A stretch of DNA of 64,000 bases, from positions 32,001-96,000 of the IMG/VR virus record IMGVR_UViG_2931736537_000001; one strand, given 5' to 3'. The notes below the pieces were generated by a model, which searched no databases, was not told where the DNA came from, and saw only the letters and a program-made list of their open reading frames with translations. Every line of letters begins with the position of its first letter. The stretch's first letter is position 1. Origin of the DNA: a virus. Lineage: Duplodnaviria > Caudoviricetes. The position numbers and the translations under genes were made by a program. Positions 38,939 to 47,709 of this stretch are shown here, piece by piece.

Positions 38939-40261
38939 CTACTTGCCGGGTCGTCCGAGTTGGTGGACGGTCCAGCCGGCCGCGCGCCAGGGCTCGGGGT
39001 CGAGGCTGGTGCGGCAGTCGACGAGCAGGGGCTGGGCGGGCCGGTCCGCGAGGGTCTGGGGGTTGGCCTGCTGGTACTCGGGCCACTCGGTGGCCAGGAC
39101 GACGATGTCGGCTCCGTCGAGGGACGCGGGCAGGTCGTCGGTGTAGTCGAGCTCGGGGTTGCGGACCATCGCGGTGGTCACGGCCTGCGGGTCGTGGATC
39201 GTGATGGTGGCGCCGGCCTGTTGGAGGGCCTGCGCGAGGGCGAGGGCCGGGCTTTCCCGGACGTCGTTGGTGCCGGGCTTGAAGGCTGCGCCCCATACGG
39301 TGGCCTTGCTGCCCTTGATGGGGCGGTCGCCCAGGGCGCGGGTGATGAGGCCCAGGGCGACGGTCGTGCGGTTCTCGTTGATCACCTCGGCGGCGCGCAG
39401 GAGCGTGGCGGCCTGGTCGGCGCCGAGCTGCCGGGCGCTCGCGGTGAAGGCGCGAACGTCCTTGGGGAGGCAGCCGCCGCCGTAGCCGATGCCGGGCTGC
39501 ATGCCGCCGCTGCCGATCCGCGGGTCGATGCCGAGGATCTCCACGATCTGGGAGATGTCGCCGTCGGCGGCCTCGCACATGTCGGCGACGGCGTTGATGT
39601 AGCTGATCTTCAGGCCGAGGAACGTGTTCGCGGCGCCCTTGGCCAGCTCGGCGGTCTGCGGGTCGGTGACGAAGATCGGCACTCCCGCGTCGATGATCCC
39701 GGCGTACACCGCGCGGATCGCCTTTTCGCCCTCCGCGGTGGTGACGCCGGCGATGAGGCGGTCCGGGCGCAGGGTGTCCTCGACGGCGTGGCCTTCGCGT
39801 AGGAACTCCGGGTTCCAGACGACCTCCACCGCTGCGCCGGCGGGCGCCAGGCGCTGGGCGAGGGCGGTGACCTGTCGGGTGGTGCCGACGGTGACGGTGC
39901 TCTTGCCGACGATGGTGCACGGCTGGTGGAGGTGGGGGGCGAGTTGGCGGATGGCGCCGTAGACCTGGCCAGTGTCGTAGGAGCGGCCGTCGGCGTCGAT
40001 GGGGGTGCCGACGCCGATGAAGTGCAGCTCGGCGAAGTCGGCGGCCTCGCGGATGCTGGTGGTGAAGCGCAGGCGACCGTTGGCTGTGTGGCGGGCGAGC
40101 AGCTCGGGCAGGCCGGCCTCGTAGATGGGGCATTCGCCGGCGTTGAGCCGGTCGACCTTGGCCTGGTCGACGTCCACGCCGACGACCTCGTGGCCCAGTT
40201 CGGCCATGGCCGCTGCGTGGGGGATGCCGAGGTGGCCACAGCCGATCACGGATACGCGCAT
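38939..40261 (-). CDS. ugd: UDP-glucose/GDP-mannose dehydrogenase family
   Basis: GCGHLG, NPEFLREG, GYGGGCLPKD, AFKPGTNDVRESP. Confidence 0.93.
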   Translation of the reverse strand: MRVSVIGCGHLGIPHAAAMAELGHEVVGVDVDQAKVDRLNAGECPIYEAGLPELLARHTANGRLRFTTSIREAADFAELHFIGVGTPIDADGRSYDTGQVYGAIRQLAPHLHQPCTIVGKSTVTVGTTRQVTALAQRLAPAGAAVEVVWNPEFLREGHAVEDTLRPDRLIAGVTTAEGEKAIRAVYAGIIDAGVPIFVTDPQTAELAKGAANTFLGLKISYINAVADMCEAADGDISQIVEILGIDPRIGSGGMQPGIGYGGGCLPKDVRAFTASARQLGADQAATLLRAAEVINENRTTVALGLITRALGDRPIKGSKATVWGAAFKPGTNDVRESPALALAQALQQAGATITIHDPQAVTTAMVRNPELDYTDDLPASLDGADIVVLATEWPEYQQANPQTLADRPAQPLLVDCRTSLDPEPWRAAGWTVHQLGRPGK

Positions 40262-40356
40262 TGCAGAGTCCTTGTCTGGTCTGGGGGCACTCCGTGCCCG
40301 GTGTGCCCCCAGACGGTATCGGGATGTGAACTCGCCCTGGCCCGGGCGGAGTTCGC

Positions 40357-41601
40357 TCAGATGTTCACCTTGAGGAGTTCGGCCAGGTGCTGGAGGGCGG
40401 GGATCGCCTCGGAGCGGACGATGACGTCGCCCTCCCGGGCGCCCTCGATGAGGTATTCCTTGTGCACCCCGTTCTCGGTGACGCCCTCGGTGTCGAGGTA
40501 GAAGACCTTCAGGCCGCGCTCACGGGCGCGGGCCTGGACGGCGCGGCGGTCGGCGTGCAGGCCGATGACGAGCAGGGCCTTGGCGTCGTCGGGGAAGGGC
40601 ATGTACGGGGTGCGCTGGTCGTAGCGGCGCATGAACGCCTCTTGCAGCTCCGCCTTGGCGAACAGCCGGTCGAAGTTGTGGGTGGCCACCGGGCCGGTCA
40701 TCGCGCCGGCGTCGTGGAGCGCCTTCAGGACGCGGTGGGCGCTGGTCGGCTCGGCGAGGACCAGGGACCGGAACATGGAGGTCATGTCGTTGACCTTGCG
40801 GGTGGTGTCGGTCAGGACCTCCTTGACGAGGATGTCATCGGCGGGGACGAGGGTGAACTTGTATCCCTGGGTGAGGTCGTTGCCCGTGCGGGCGGTGACC
40901 CGGTAGACCTCGTGGAGCCAGTGCAGCGGCGGGATGCCGGCCTCGATGCTGGTCCCGCATCCGGCTTCCACGACGAACGGCAGGTAGTCCAGCAGGCCGG
41001 ACAGGTCGTCGGCGTAGGTCGGCGTGCCGCGCTGCTCCTTGACGCGCATGCCGCCGGCGAGGACGTCCCAGGGCAGGTTCCGGGCGGCCCGGGTGAGGGT
41101 GTAGTCCACGGAGTGGATCGTGACGTCGACCGACGTGAACCCGTCGGGGGTGTCGCGGTCGGCGCGTTCGTCCTGCGGGTGGGTGGTGTGCTCGGTGACG
41201 GTGGCGCGGAGGTCGCCGCGGCGCCAGGTGCCGGGCTCGTCGCTGGCCGGCTTCCATCGGCCCTCGGCGAGCCACTTGTCCAGCTCCTTGCGGTGGACGG
41301 CGACCTCGGCGGCCGGGGCCAGCCAGGACACGTACAGGTACAGCTCCTCGAGCACCAGGCGCTCCATGGGCTGGGTGCGGTCGAGGCCGTAGTGCAGGCG
41401 GTAGTGGACGACGCGGCGGCGTCCGGACTCGTCCTCGGTCCATCCGGACTGCTCGCGGTTGGCCGGGTCCTGGGTCCGCCGCCAGATGCCCTCCTCGATG
41501 GCCGGGCGGCGCTGGCCGCCGGCCTCCGGGGAGAAGTGCGCGTCCCACATGCTGACTTGCTCGGGGGTCAGGGAGTCGATCACGGGGTAGGGCAGGAACA
41601 C
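40357..41601 (-). CDS. Protein with unknown N-terminal domain and atypical SIR2/sirtuin-fold C-terminal domain
   Basis: AGCGTSIEAGIP, EPTSAHRVLKAL, THNFDRL, LLVIG; GGAGG RBS. Confidence 0.7.
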   Translation of the reverse strand: MFLPYPVIDSLTPEQVSMWDAHFSPEAGGQRRPAIEEGIWRRTQDPANREQSGWTEDESGRRRVVHYRLHYGLDRTQPMERLVLEELYLYVSWLAPAAEVAVHRKELDKWLAEGRWKPASDEPGTWRRGDLRATVTEHTTHPQDERADRDTPDGFTSVDVTIHSVDYTLTRAARNLPWDVLAGGMRVKEQRGTPTYADDLSGLLDYLPFVVEAGCGTSIEAGIPPLHWLHEVYRVTARTGNDLTQGYKFTLVPADDILVKEVLTDTTRKVNDMTSMFRSLVLAEPTSAHRVLKALHDAGAMTGPVATHNFDRLFAKAELQEAFMRRYDQRTPYMPFPDDAKALLVIGLHADRRAVQARARERGLKVFYLDTEGVTENGVHKEYLIEGAREGDVIVRSEAIPALQHLAELLKVNI

Positions 41602-41688
41602 GATGGTCCTCCTGAGCACTGGTGATTCGTGGTCACGAGCGCGCGGGGGCCGCGGTGGCCGTCTGCGGCGTTCGTGGTGGTGTCGGCG

Positions 41689-42993
41689 CTAGCCGTTGTG
41701 GTGCAGCGCGGTCGCCGCGTCGGCGAGCGCTGCGGTGAGGAAGTCGATGTCCTCGTCCGTTGAGGTCAACGGTGGGGCGACGACCAGCCCTTCGGTGCGC
41801 GGCTGGCCGGCCCCGGTGAACGGGTAGAAGAAGACGTCGCGCTCTTCGGTGGCCTCCATCAGGGGCCAGAGCAGACCGGGCTCGACCTCGACGCCGTACA
41901 GGTGCCCGAGCCCGCGCACGGTCCTCACCGGCCCTCGGCCGGCCAGTTCGTGCAGGGCCCGTCCGAGTCGCTCGCCGCGGGCGGTGAAGGCGTTGTGGTC
42001 CATGGATTCCAGCTCGTCCAGGACGCCGAGGCAGGCTGCCGCCTGCAGCGGGTGGGTGGCCATGGTGCCCATCGCGGGCAGTGGGTCGGCGTTCTGGTGG
42101 CGGATGAGGGGTGCGATGTCGGGCGCGACGAGTACGGCTCCGATGCCGGTGTAGCCGGCTCCCAGCCCTTTGGACAGGATGCACAGGTCCGGTTCGGCGC
42201 CGTCCCAGTGGTGGCTGGCCAGGGGTGTGCCGGTGCGCCAGAGCCCGGTCAGCACCTCGTCGTGGATGACGAGGACCTCACGTTCCCGGCAGATCTCCGA
42301 CACGCGCCGCAGGTACCCGGCGGGCGGGACGTAGGCCCCGCCGGTGGTGCCGTTCACTGGTTCGAGCAGGACGGCGGCGACGTTCTCCGCTCCCCTGTTG
42401 TCGATCGCCTTGGCCACCTCGTCGGCGCACGAGGCGTCGCACTCGCGCTGTTCGTGGCTGTGCGTCGGCGGGTAGGGCGCGGCGAAGGCCGGTCCGAGGC
42501 CGAGGGCGTCCTCGGGGTGGGGTCGTCGGGCGTGGTTCCCGGCGAGCGCGAGGGTCAGGGCGCTGTTGCCGTGGTAGCTCAGGGTGGACGTCAGGATGTC
42601 CCCTCGGCTCTTCCCGCCTCGGCGCATTCGGGTGATGTTCCGGGCCAGGCCCACGGCGACCTCGACGCCCAGGGTGCCGCAGGTCGTCAGCGCGACGGAG
42701 TCTTCCGTGCGTCCCACGGCGCGGCAGAGGCGGTCCATCAGTTCCATCTGGATGTGGGGCTGGACGACGGCCGCGCCTCCGAAGGAGTAGCGGTGGAACT
42801 GCTGCTCGATGCGGGCGAGGACCTTCGGGCTGCTCTGCCCCACGTTCGCGCAGAGGAGGCCGCTCGATCCGTCGAGGATCCGCCGGCCATCGGCGCGGTG
42901 GAGCCAGGAGCCGCTGGTGGCCACGACGTCGAAGTCCGGCAGGGGCCTGGATGACGTCAGCAGCCTTGTGCGGCTGGGTAAGTACCGATCCAC
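41689..42993 (-). CDS. Class III PLP-dependent aminotransferase
   Basis: LDGSSGL, SYHG, LLEPVNG, DEVLTGLWRTG, SKGLG (PLP Lys). Confidence 0.93.
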   Translation of the reverse strand: MDRYLPSRTRLLTSSRPLPDFDVVATSGSWLHRADGRRILDGSSGLLCANVGQSSPKVLARIEQQFHRYSFGGAAVVQPHIQMELMDRLCRAVGRTEDSVALTTCGTLGVEVAVGLARNITRMRRGGKSRGDILTSTLSYHGNSALTLALAGNHARRPHPEDALGLGPAFAAPYPPTHSHEQRECDASCADEVAKAIDNRGAENVAAVLLEPVNGTTGGAYVPPAGYLRRVSEICREREVLVIHDEVLTGLWRTGTPLASHHWDGAEPDLCILSKGLGAGYTGIGAVLVAPDIAPLIRHQNADPLPAMGTMATHPLQAAACLGVLDELESMDHNAFTARGERLGRALHELAGRGPVRTVRGLGHLYGVEVEPGLLWPLMEATEERDVFFYPFTGAGQPRTEGLVVAPPLTSTDEDIDFLTAALADAATALHHNG

Positions 42994-43267
42994 GTAGGAC
43001 GTCCCTTCTTGGGCGTGCTCGCACGCGGGCGCGCGGGAGCACGACGGCGGGTCTGTGTGGAAGGTGGCCGAGCGCGCCTTGCAGGGTTCCGGGAACGGCG
43101 ATGACCTGCGGTCGCGTCCGGAGGTCCGACTGCTCGACCGCTTCCGACGATACTCATAACACCCCCTTACGCATAGGGTTTCGAGAGTGATCGTGTGTCC
43201 TGCGGCACATCTCGGCCAGGTGTCCCTGTCGGCAGGCATATGCGGCGATCGCAGCCGAGCGCCGTCA

Positions 43268-43298
43268 ATGGCACCGAGCCCCCTGAGCTGGGTGCCAT
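43268..43298. promoter_or_regulatory. Inverted repeat ATGGCACCGAGC-N7-GCTGGGTGCCAT (candidate GntR operator)
   Basis: 11/12 inverted repeat in the divergent intergenic region. Confidence 0.4.
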
Positions 43299-43372
43299 GA
43301 TTAAGAAAACATGGCGGTCGGACACACCGTCAGCGGGCGCACCCCGCCCGAGGTGACGAGTGAGGGGACTTT

Positions 43373-44053
43373 GTGGCCAGGCGCACGACGGCCTACCGGC
43401 GCGTCGCCCAGGAGCTGCGCGACCAGATCGCAGGCGGGCAGCTCAAGGAAGGCGACCGCATTCCGTCCCTGACGGAGCTGCAGGCCGAGTTCGGTGTCTC
43501 GGACACCGTGATCCTGGAGGCTCGCAAGGTCCTGGTGGCCGAGGGCCTCCTCGTCGCGCGGACCGGCGACGGCACGTACGTCCGTGAGCGGCCCGAGCCG
43601 CAGCGCCTGCTGCACGGTGAGCCGGCCGAGGCCGGGCAGCCCTGGTTCCGGCTGGAAATCGGCGAGTCCGCCCTGTTCCCCGACGTAGTCGAGGTGGAGC
43701 CGGAGACGAGCGTGCCGGCGCCCGCCGACGTAGCTCGGCACCTGGGCGTCCGTACGGGTCGCCGGGTGCGCCGCGCGGTGCGGCTCTTCCGGCACGACGG
43801 CTCCGCCGTGCAGCTGGTGACCGCTCACGTGCTGGCGAGCGGAAAGGCGGAGACCGCAGCGACGGAGGAGCAGGTCACCTCGCGGCCGGCGCTGGATTCG
43901 GAGGCCCGGGCGTTGGACGGCGTAGTCGGCCAGCCGGTGACCGTGGTGACCCGTGTGGAGCGTCCGGAGTCCGGCCGGGCCCGCGTGCTGCAAACGGTGG
44001 TGCTGGCCGACCGGTTCAGCCTGGTCTACCAGCCTGGGCGCCCCGGGGAATGA
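43373..44053 (+). CDS. GntR (HutC-like) transcriptional regulator
   Basis: YRRVAQELR...IPSLTELQAEFGVS...GTYV; degenerate UTRA-like C-terminus. Confidence 0.88.
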   Translation: MARRTTAYRRVAQELRDQIAGGQLKEGDRIPSLTELQAEFGVSDTVILEARKVLVAEGLLVARTGDGTYVRERPEPQRLLHGEPAEAGQPWFRLEIGESALFPDVVEVEPETSVPAPADVARHLGVRTGRRVRRAVRLFRHDGSAVQLVTAHVLASGKAETAATEEQVTSRPALDSEARALDGVVGQPVTVVTRVERPESGRARVLQTVVLADRFSLVYQPGRPGE

Positions 44054-44177
44054 CGGCACCCCGGCCACGGGGCCGGGGTGCCGAGGGGGGACGCAGACCT
44101 GCCCTGCGGGCCGGGCTACGGGGCGAGCGTAGCCCTGGGTCAGGGGCAGTGTCGGGCAGTTCGGGTGATGTCGCCGC

Positions 44178-44576
44178 TCAGGCGACGCCCTTGGCCCAGC
44201 CCGGGGTGCAGGAGATGATCGTCTTGTTGCCGTTCTCCCCGATGCACGCCTGGTAGTAGACGGTGGTGCCCTCCGGGATGGCGGTCCCGTAGCTCTTGTA
44301 GCGGGCGGTGCCCTTGCCGTCGGGGTTGAACAGGTTGTGCGCGATGCCGACGGAGGGGACGTAGACGCGGACGACGGCCGAGTGGCCGTCGGCCTTCGTG
44401 TCCTCGACCCAGAAGACGTCGCCGTAGTGCTTGAACCAGGCCGTTGCGCCGCGGGTGGGGTCGACGACGCTTCCGCCGTCGGAGCCGGCACTCGCGGCGG
44501 AGGCGGTGGCGAACAGCAGGGCGGTGGACGCGGCGAGCGCGCCGGCGACGTAGCCGAAGCGGGTGCGGAAACGCAT
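44178..44576 (-). CDS. Small secreted protein
   Basis: Sec signal peptide ending ASA; two C-terminal Cys; AAGGAG RBS. Confidence 0.8.
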   Translation of the reverse strand: MRFRTRFGYVAGALAASTALLFATASAASAGSDGGSVVDPTRGATAWFKHYGDVFWVEDTKADGHSAVVRVYVPSVGIAHNLFNPDGKGTARYKSYGTAIPEGTTVYYQACIGENGNKTIISCTPGWAKGVA

Positions 44577-44673
44577 GGGGAACTCCTTCTTCAGGGGATC
44601 GGGGCAGCAGGTGGTGTGCTGGGCCGCGCCGGGCCGGGCGGATCGGGACGTCTGGCCCGGCGCGGACCCGGAA

Positions 44674-44919
44674 TCAGCGGCCGAAGGCACCCCAGGCGCC
44701 GACGATGAGGGCGCCGAGGGCGATCAGGACGCTGAGGGTGGGAAGGGGCCAGCGGGCACGCTCGAGCGCGGCGACGCGTTCCTGGAGGTCCGCGACGTCC
44801 TTGTCGGTCTGGTCGGTGCGCTGGACCAGCAGGGCCAGTTGGCCGTCGATGCCCGCCAGCCCGACTTCGAGGCTGCGGCGCAGGTCAGCCAAGGCGAGAG
44901 CGACCTCTCCGTCGGGCAT
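44674..44919 (-). CDS. Phage lysis-region membrane protein
   Basis: Coiled coil plus C-terminal TM helix; follows holin. Confidence 0.75.
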   Translation of the reverse strand: MPDGEVALALADLRRSLEVGLAGIDGQLALLVQRTDQTDKDVADLQERVAALERARWPLPTLSVLIALGALIVGAWGAFGR

Positions 44920-44935
44920 GGTCAGGTCCTTTGTG

Positions 44936-45193
44936 CTAGGAGCGGGTGGTGGGGTCGGACTTGGCCGGCAGCCAGGAGGCGGTGCCGAGCTTCCCGAGGC
45001 GGGTGCCGATGGCGCCCTTGATGACGGTGAGTCCGGCGGGGATCGAGGCGACGGCCGCGGACTGCAGGACCGAGAGGTCGACGACGTCGGTGGCGGCCCC
45101 GGCGAGCAGGAGGCCGAGGAACGCCTCGGCGTAGGTCAGGGCGGTGCGCTCGGCGACGTCGGCGAGGGCCTCGGTGGTGGACTTGGCTGCCAT
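44936..45193 (-). CDS. Holin (r1t-like)
   Basis: DVAERTALTYAEAFLG...; two hydrophobic segments; follows endolysin. Confidence 0.8.
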   Translation of the reverse strand: MAAKSTTEALADVAERTALTYAEAFLGLLLAGAATDVVDLSVLQSAAVASIPAGLTVIKGAIGTRLGKLGTASWLPAKSDPTTRS

Positions 45194-45213
45194 GGGGTGT
45201 CTCCCTTGAGGTG

Positions 45214-46677
45214 TCAGGCGGTTGCGGTGAAGCCATGCCGGGCGGCCAGGCGGCGCAGCGAGTCGAGGCCGGGGTAGCCGTCGGCGGCCGAGCCGGTGTA
45301 GGAGCCGCCGGCCTTGCTGCGCTGCCAGGCGGCGTACGCGGTCCGGGTCTTGGTGCCGAAGGAGCCGTCGGCGTACCGGCGGGCGAGTAGGCCCTCGGCG
45401 ACCAGGGCGTCCTCGACGAGGCCGACCTCGCCCGGGTAGGTGGTGTGGCCGTCCGGGGCGGGGATGTCCGCCTTGGCTGCGGCGACCATGTGGGCGACGC
45501 TGACCTTGCGCTTCGCGGAGGCGGCCGGGATGTCCTTGCCGCGGCCGGTGACCAGCAGTTCCCACGTGGTCGGTCCGGGGATTCCGTCCGCGTCCGCGCC
45601 GCTCCAGCCCTGGGCCGTCTGGAAGGCCTTGGTCGCGTCGCGGTCGGCGTCGCTCCAGCGCGGGCCGGCGCCGACGGAGTAGAAGCGCTTGCCGCCGCGG
45701 GCGATGAGCATGGTGCCCAGCCGGGTGACGTGGGCGTTGTTGGCGCCCGGGCCGAAGACGCCGACGCCGGGGAAGGCGTCCTTGGCGGGCTTGCTCGGTG
45801 CCGGCGTGCTGCCGGTGCCGCCCAGGATCTTCCGGGTGTCGACCGCACCGGGGTCGCCGTGGTCGTTGCCCGGGACGTGGGCGTGGGCGAAGTGGCCGCC
45901 CTTGTTCTGCCAGGTGCTGCGCGAGCGCGCCGAGTAGCCGCCGGGGTACTTCGGCGGGGCACCGGCCGGCCACACGTCGGGGACGCCCCAGGAGCGGGCG
46001 GCGGCCAGGATCTTCTGCCAGCCCGGCTTCTTCGCCGGGTCCCAGCCGGTCGTCCAGGGGTTCTTGGCGTACGCCAGGACCTCGATCTGGATGTTGACGC
46101 GGCCTTCGCGGTTCGTCCGGCGGCTGCCGTCGTTGCGCAGGGCGCGGGCGCTCTGGTTGAGCGGTCCGAACTGGCCGACGCGGTCGGTGACCGGGCAGTA
46201 GATCAGGTGCGGTTCGGAGGCGACTCGGATCAGGTACGAGCCGATCGACTCCAGGTACTTGCCGCCGGCCGGGGACTCGGTGCTGTGGTGGGTGACCCGC
46301 GGCGGGTTGCCGGGGGTGTCCATCGCCCCGCCGATAACGCCGTCGCCGAGCCGGATGGCGCCGGAGATCCACGCGGTGCCGGTGGCGCCGCGCGGCAATT
46401 CACCGGCCGGCGGGAGGTCGTCGGCGACGGCCCGCGGCTCGGGGTCGGGCATGTAGGCGGGCGCGGGGGCGGCGTCGACCGGCTCGTACCAGTCCAGGTC
46501 GCCGTCCTCGCGGAGCACGAACAGCGCGCCGGGGCGGCTGGGGTGCTCGACGGTGAACCGGGGGCTGGTGTCGGCGGCCGCGATGGCGCGGACCTGGTCG
46601 AGGTGGTCCTGGGTGACCTCGCCGCAGTAGGTGACGGACTGGTCGGGGTGGACGATGGCAGCGTGGAAGGCGGACAT
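45214..46677 (-). CDS. Endolysin: amidase with peptidoglycan-binding domains
   Basis: HHSTE, IQIEV, HAHVPGNDHGDPG; ADGIPGPTTW and DGSFGTKT binding repeats. Confidence 0.9.
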   Translation of the reverse strand: MSAFHAAIVHPDQSVTYCGEVTQDHLDQVRAIAAADTSPRFTVEHPSRPGALFVLREDGDLDWYEPVDAAPAPAYMPDPEPRAVADDLPPAGELPRGATGTAWISGAIRLGDGVIGGAMDTPGNPPRVTHHSTESPAGGKYLESIGSYLIRVASEPHLIYCPVTDRVGQFGPLNQSARALRNDGSRRTNREGRVNIQIEVLAYAKNPWTTGWDPAKKPGWQKILAAARSWGVPDVWPAGAPPKYPGGYSARSRSTWQNKGGHFAHAHVPGNDHGDPGAVDTRKILGGTGSTPAPSKPAKDAFPGVGVFGPGANNAHVTRLGTMLIARGGKRFYSVGAGPRWSDADRDATKAFQTAQGWSGADADGIPGPTTWELLVTGRGKDIPAASAKRKVSVAHMVAAAKADIPAPDGHTTYPGEVGLVEDALVAEGLLARRYADGSFGTKTRTAYAAWQRSKAGGSYTGSAADGYPGLDSLRRLAARHGFTATA

Positions 46678-46692
46678 GCGTGACGCTCCTCG

Positions 46693-47508
46693 TCAGGCGT
46701 GGAGTTGGATCGCGTCGACCTGCTCGCGCAGCGCGACGTAGGTGGACAGGCGCAGGAAGAAGTCGCCGCCTTGGCCCCAGGCCGGGCCCCAGGAGTTGCG
46801 CAGCCGCAGCACGGTCCGCTCCGGGACGACGCGGCCGTCGCTGTACTGGGCGACCTCCTCGAGGCCGATGGCACACACCTCGTGGCCGCCGGCGAGGCCG
46901 GAGGTCCGCCAGTACGGGACGGTGTCGACGAAGCCGTCCGCTGCGGGCGTGAACCAGGCGTTGAACCAGGGCAGACCGAGCAGGACCGGCCCCTTCTGCA
47001 GGGCGGCGGCCAGCGCCGCGGCGTCCAGGGCGTGGGTGTAGGAGCCGATCAGGCCGCGGCTCTTCAGGACGCGGGCGACGCCGAGGCCGGAACTGCCGCT
47101 GTCGGCCGGCGGCCACTGGTAGGGCACGAACTCGTCGACGGCGGTGGCCTCGGAGTACAGCTGCAGCGCCCACTGCTCTGCGGCGACCGCGTCGTCGGTG
47201 GGCAGTCCCGCCCGCTCGAGGGCGGGTGCGTCGAGCAGGACGGACAGGGCCGCCGCCGCGGCGTTCGCCGTGCAGGAGCCGACGGCGTCGACGTCCCGGG
47301 TGCCGGTGATGGTGGAGGTGTGGATGCCCTGGGCGAGCAGGTCCTGCTGGTTCAGGACGGGGATGGCGGGCTGCCAGCGCACCGGCTGCAGCGCTTCACC
47401 ACCGTGGGTCTCGCGGTGGGCCAGTGAGCGGGCGTCGAGGACCTGGTGGCGGCCGAGCGCCGGATGGACGTCGTAGTGGCGTACGAGGACGCCGTGCGTG
47501 GTGGGCAC
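46693..47508 (-). CDS. Papain-like (C1) cysteine peptidase
   Basis: Q...GSCTANA, GGHEV, RNSWG...WG..G. Confidence 0.85.
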   Translation of the reverse strand: MPTTHGVLVRHYDVHPALGRHQVLDARSLAHRETHGGEALQPVRWQPAIPVLNQQDLLAQGIHTSTITGTRDVDAVGSCTANAAAAALSVLLDAPALERAGLPTDDAVAAEQWALQLYSEATAVDEFVPYQWPPADSGSSGLGVARVLKSRGLIGSYTHALDAAALAAALQKGPVLLGLPWFNAWFTPAADGFVDTVPYWRTSGLAGGHEVCAIGLEEVAQYSDGRVVPERTVLRLRNSWGPAWGQGGDFFLRLSTYVALREQVDAIQLHA

Positions 47509-47709
47509 CGTCTGGTCCGCTTCTCCCCCGCGCCCCGATGGCTGTGTCCTCCGGTCCGCGCAGTGGCGGAACGGCCGGAATCCCTCGGGGGGTGGTGCGG
47601 ACCGCGAAGCGGTGGCGTTGGGACGGAGGGTCGTCCGCAGGTGCCGTGATCAATGATAGGTGCGGCCCGATGGGCGCCAGGCCCGCGTGCCCGGGCCCGC
47701 CGGTGCGGC

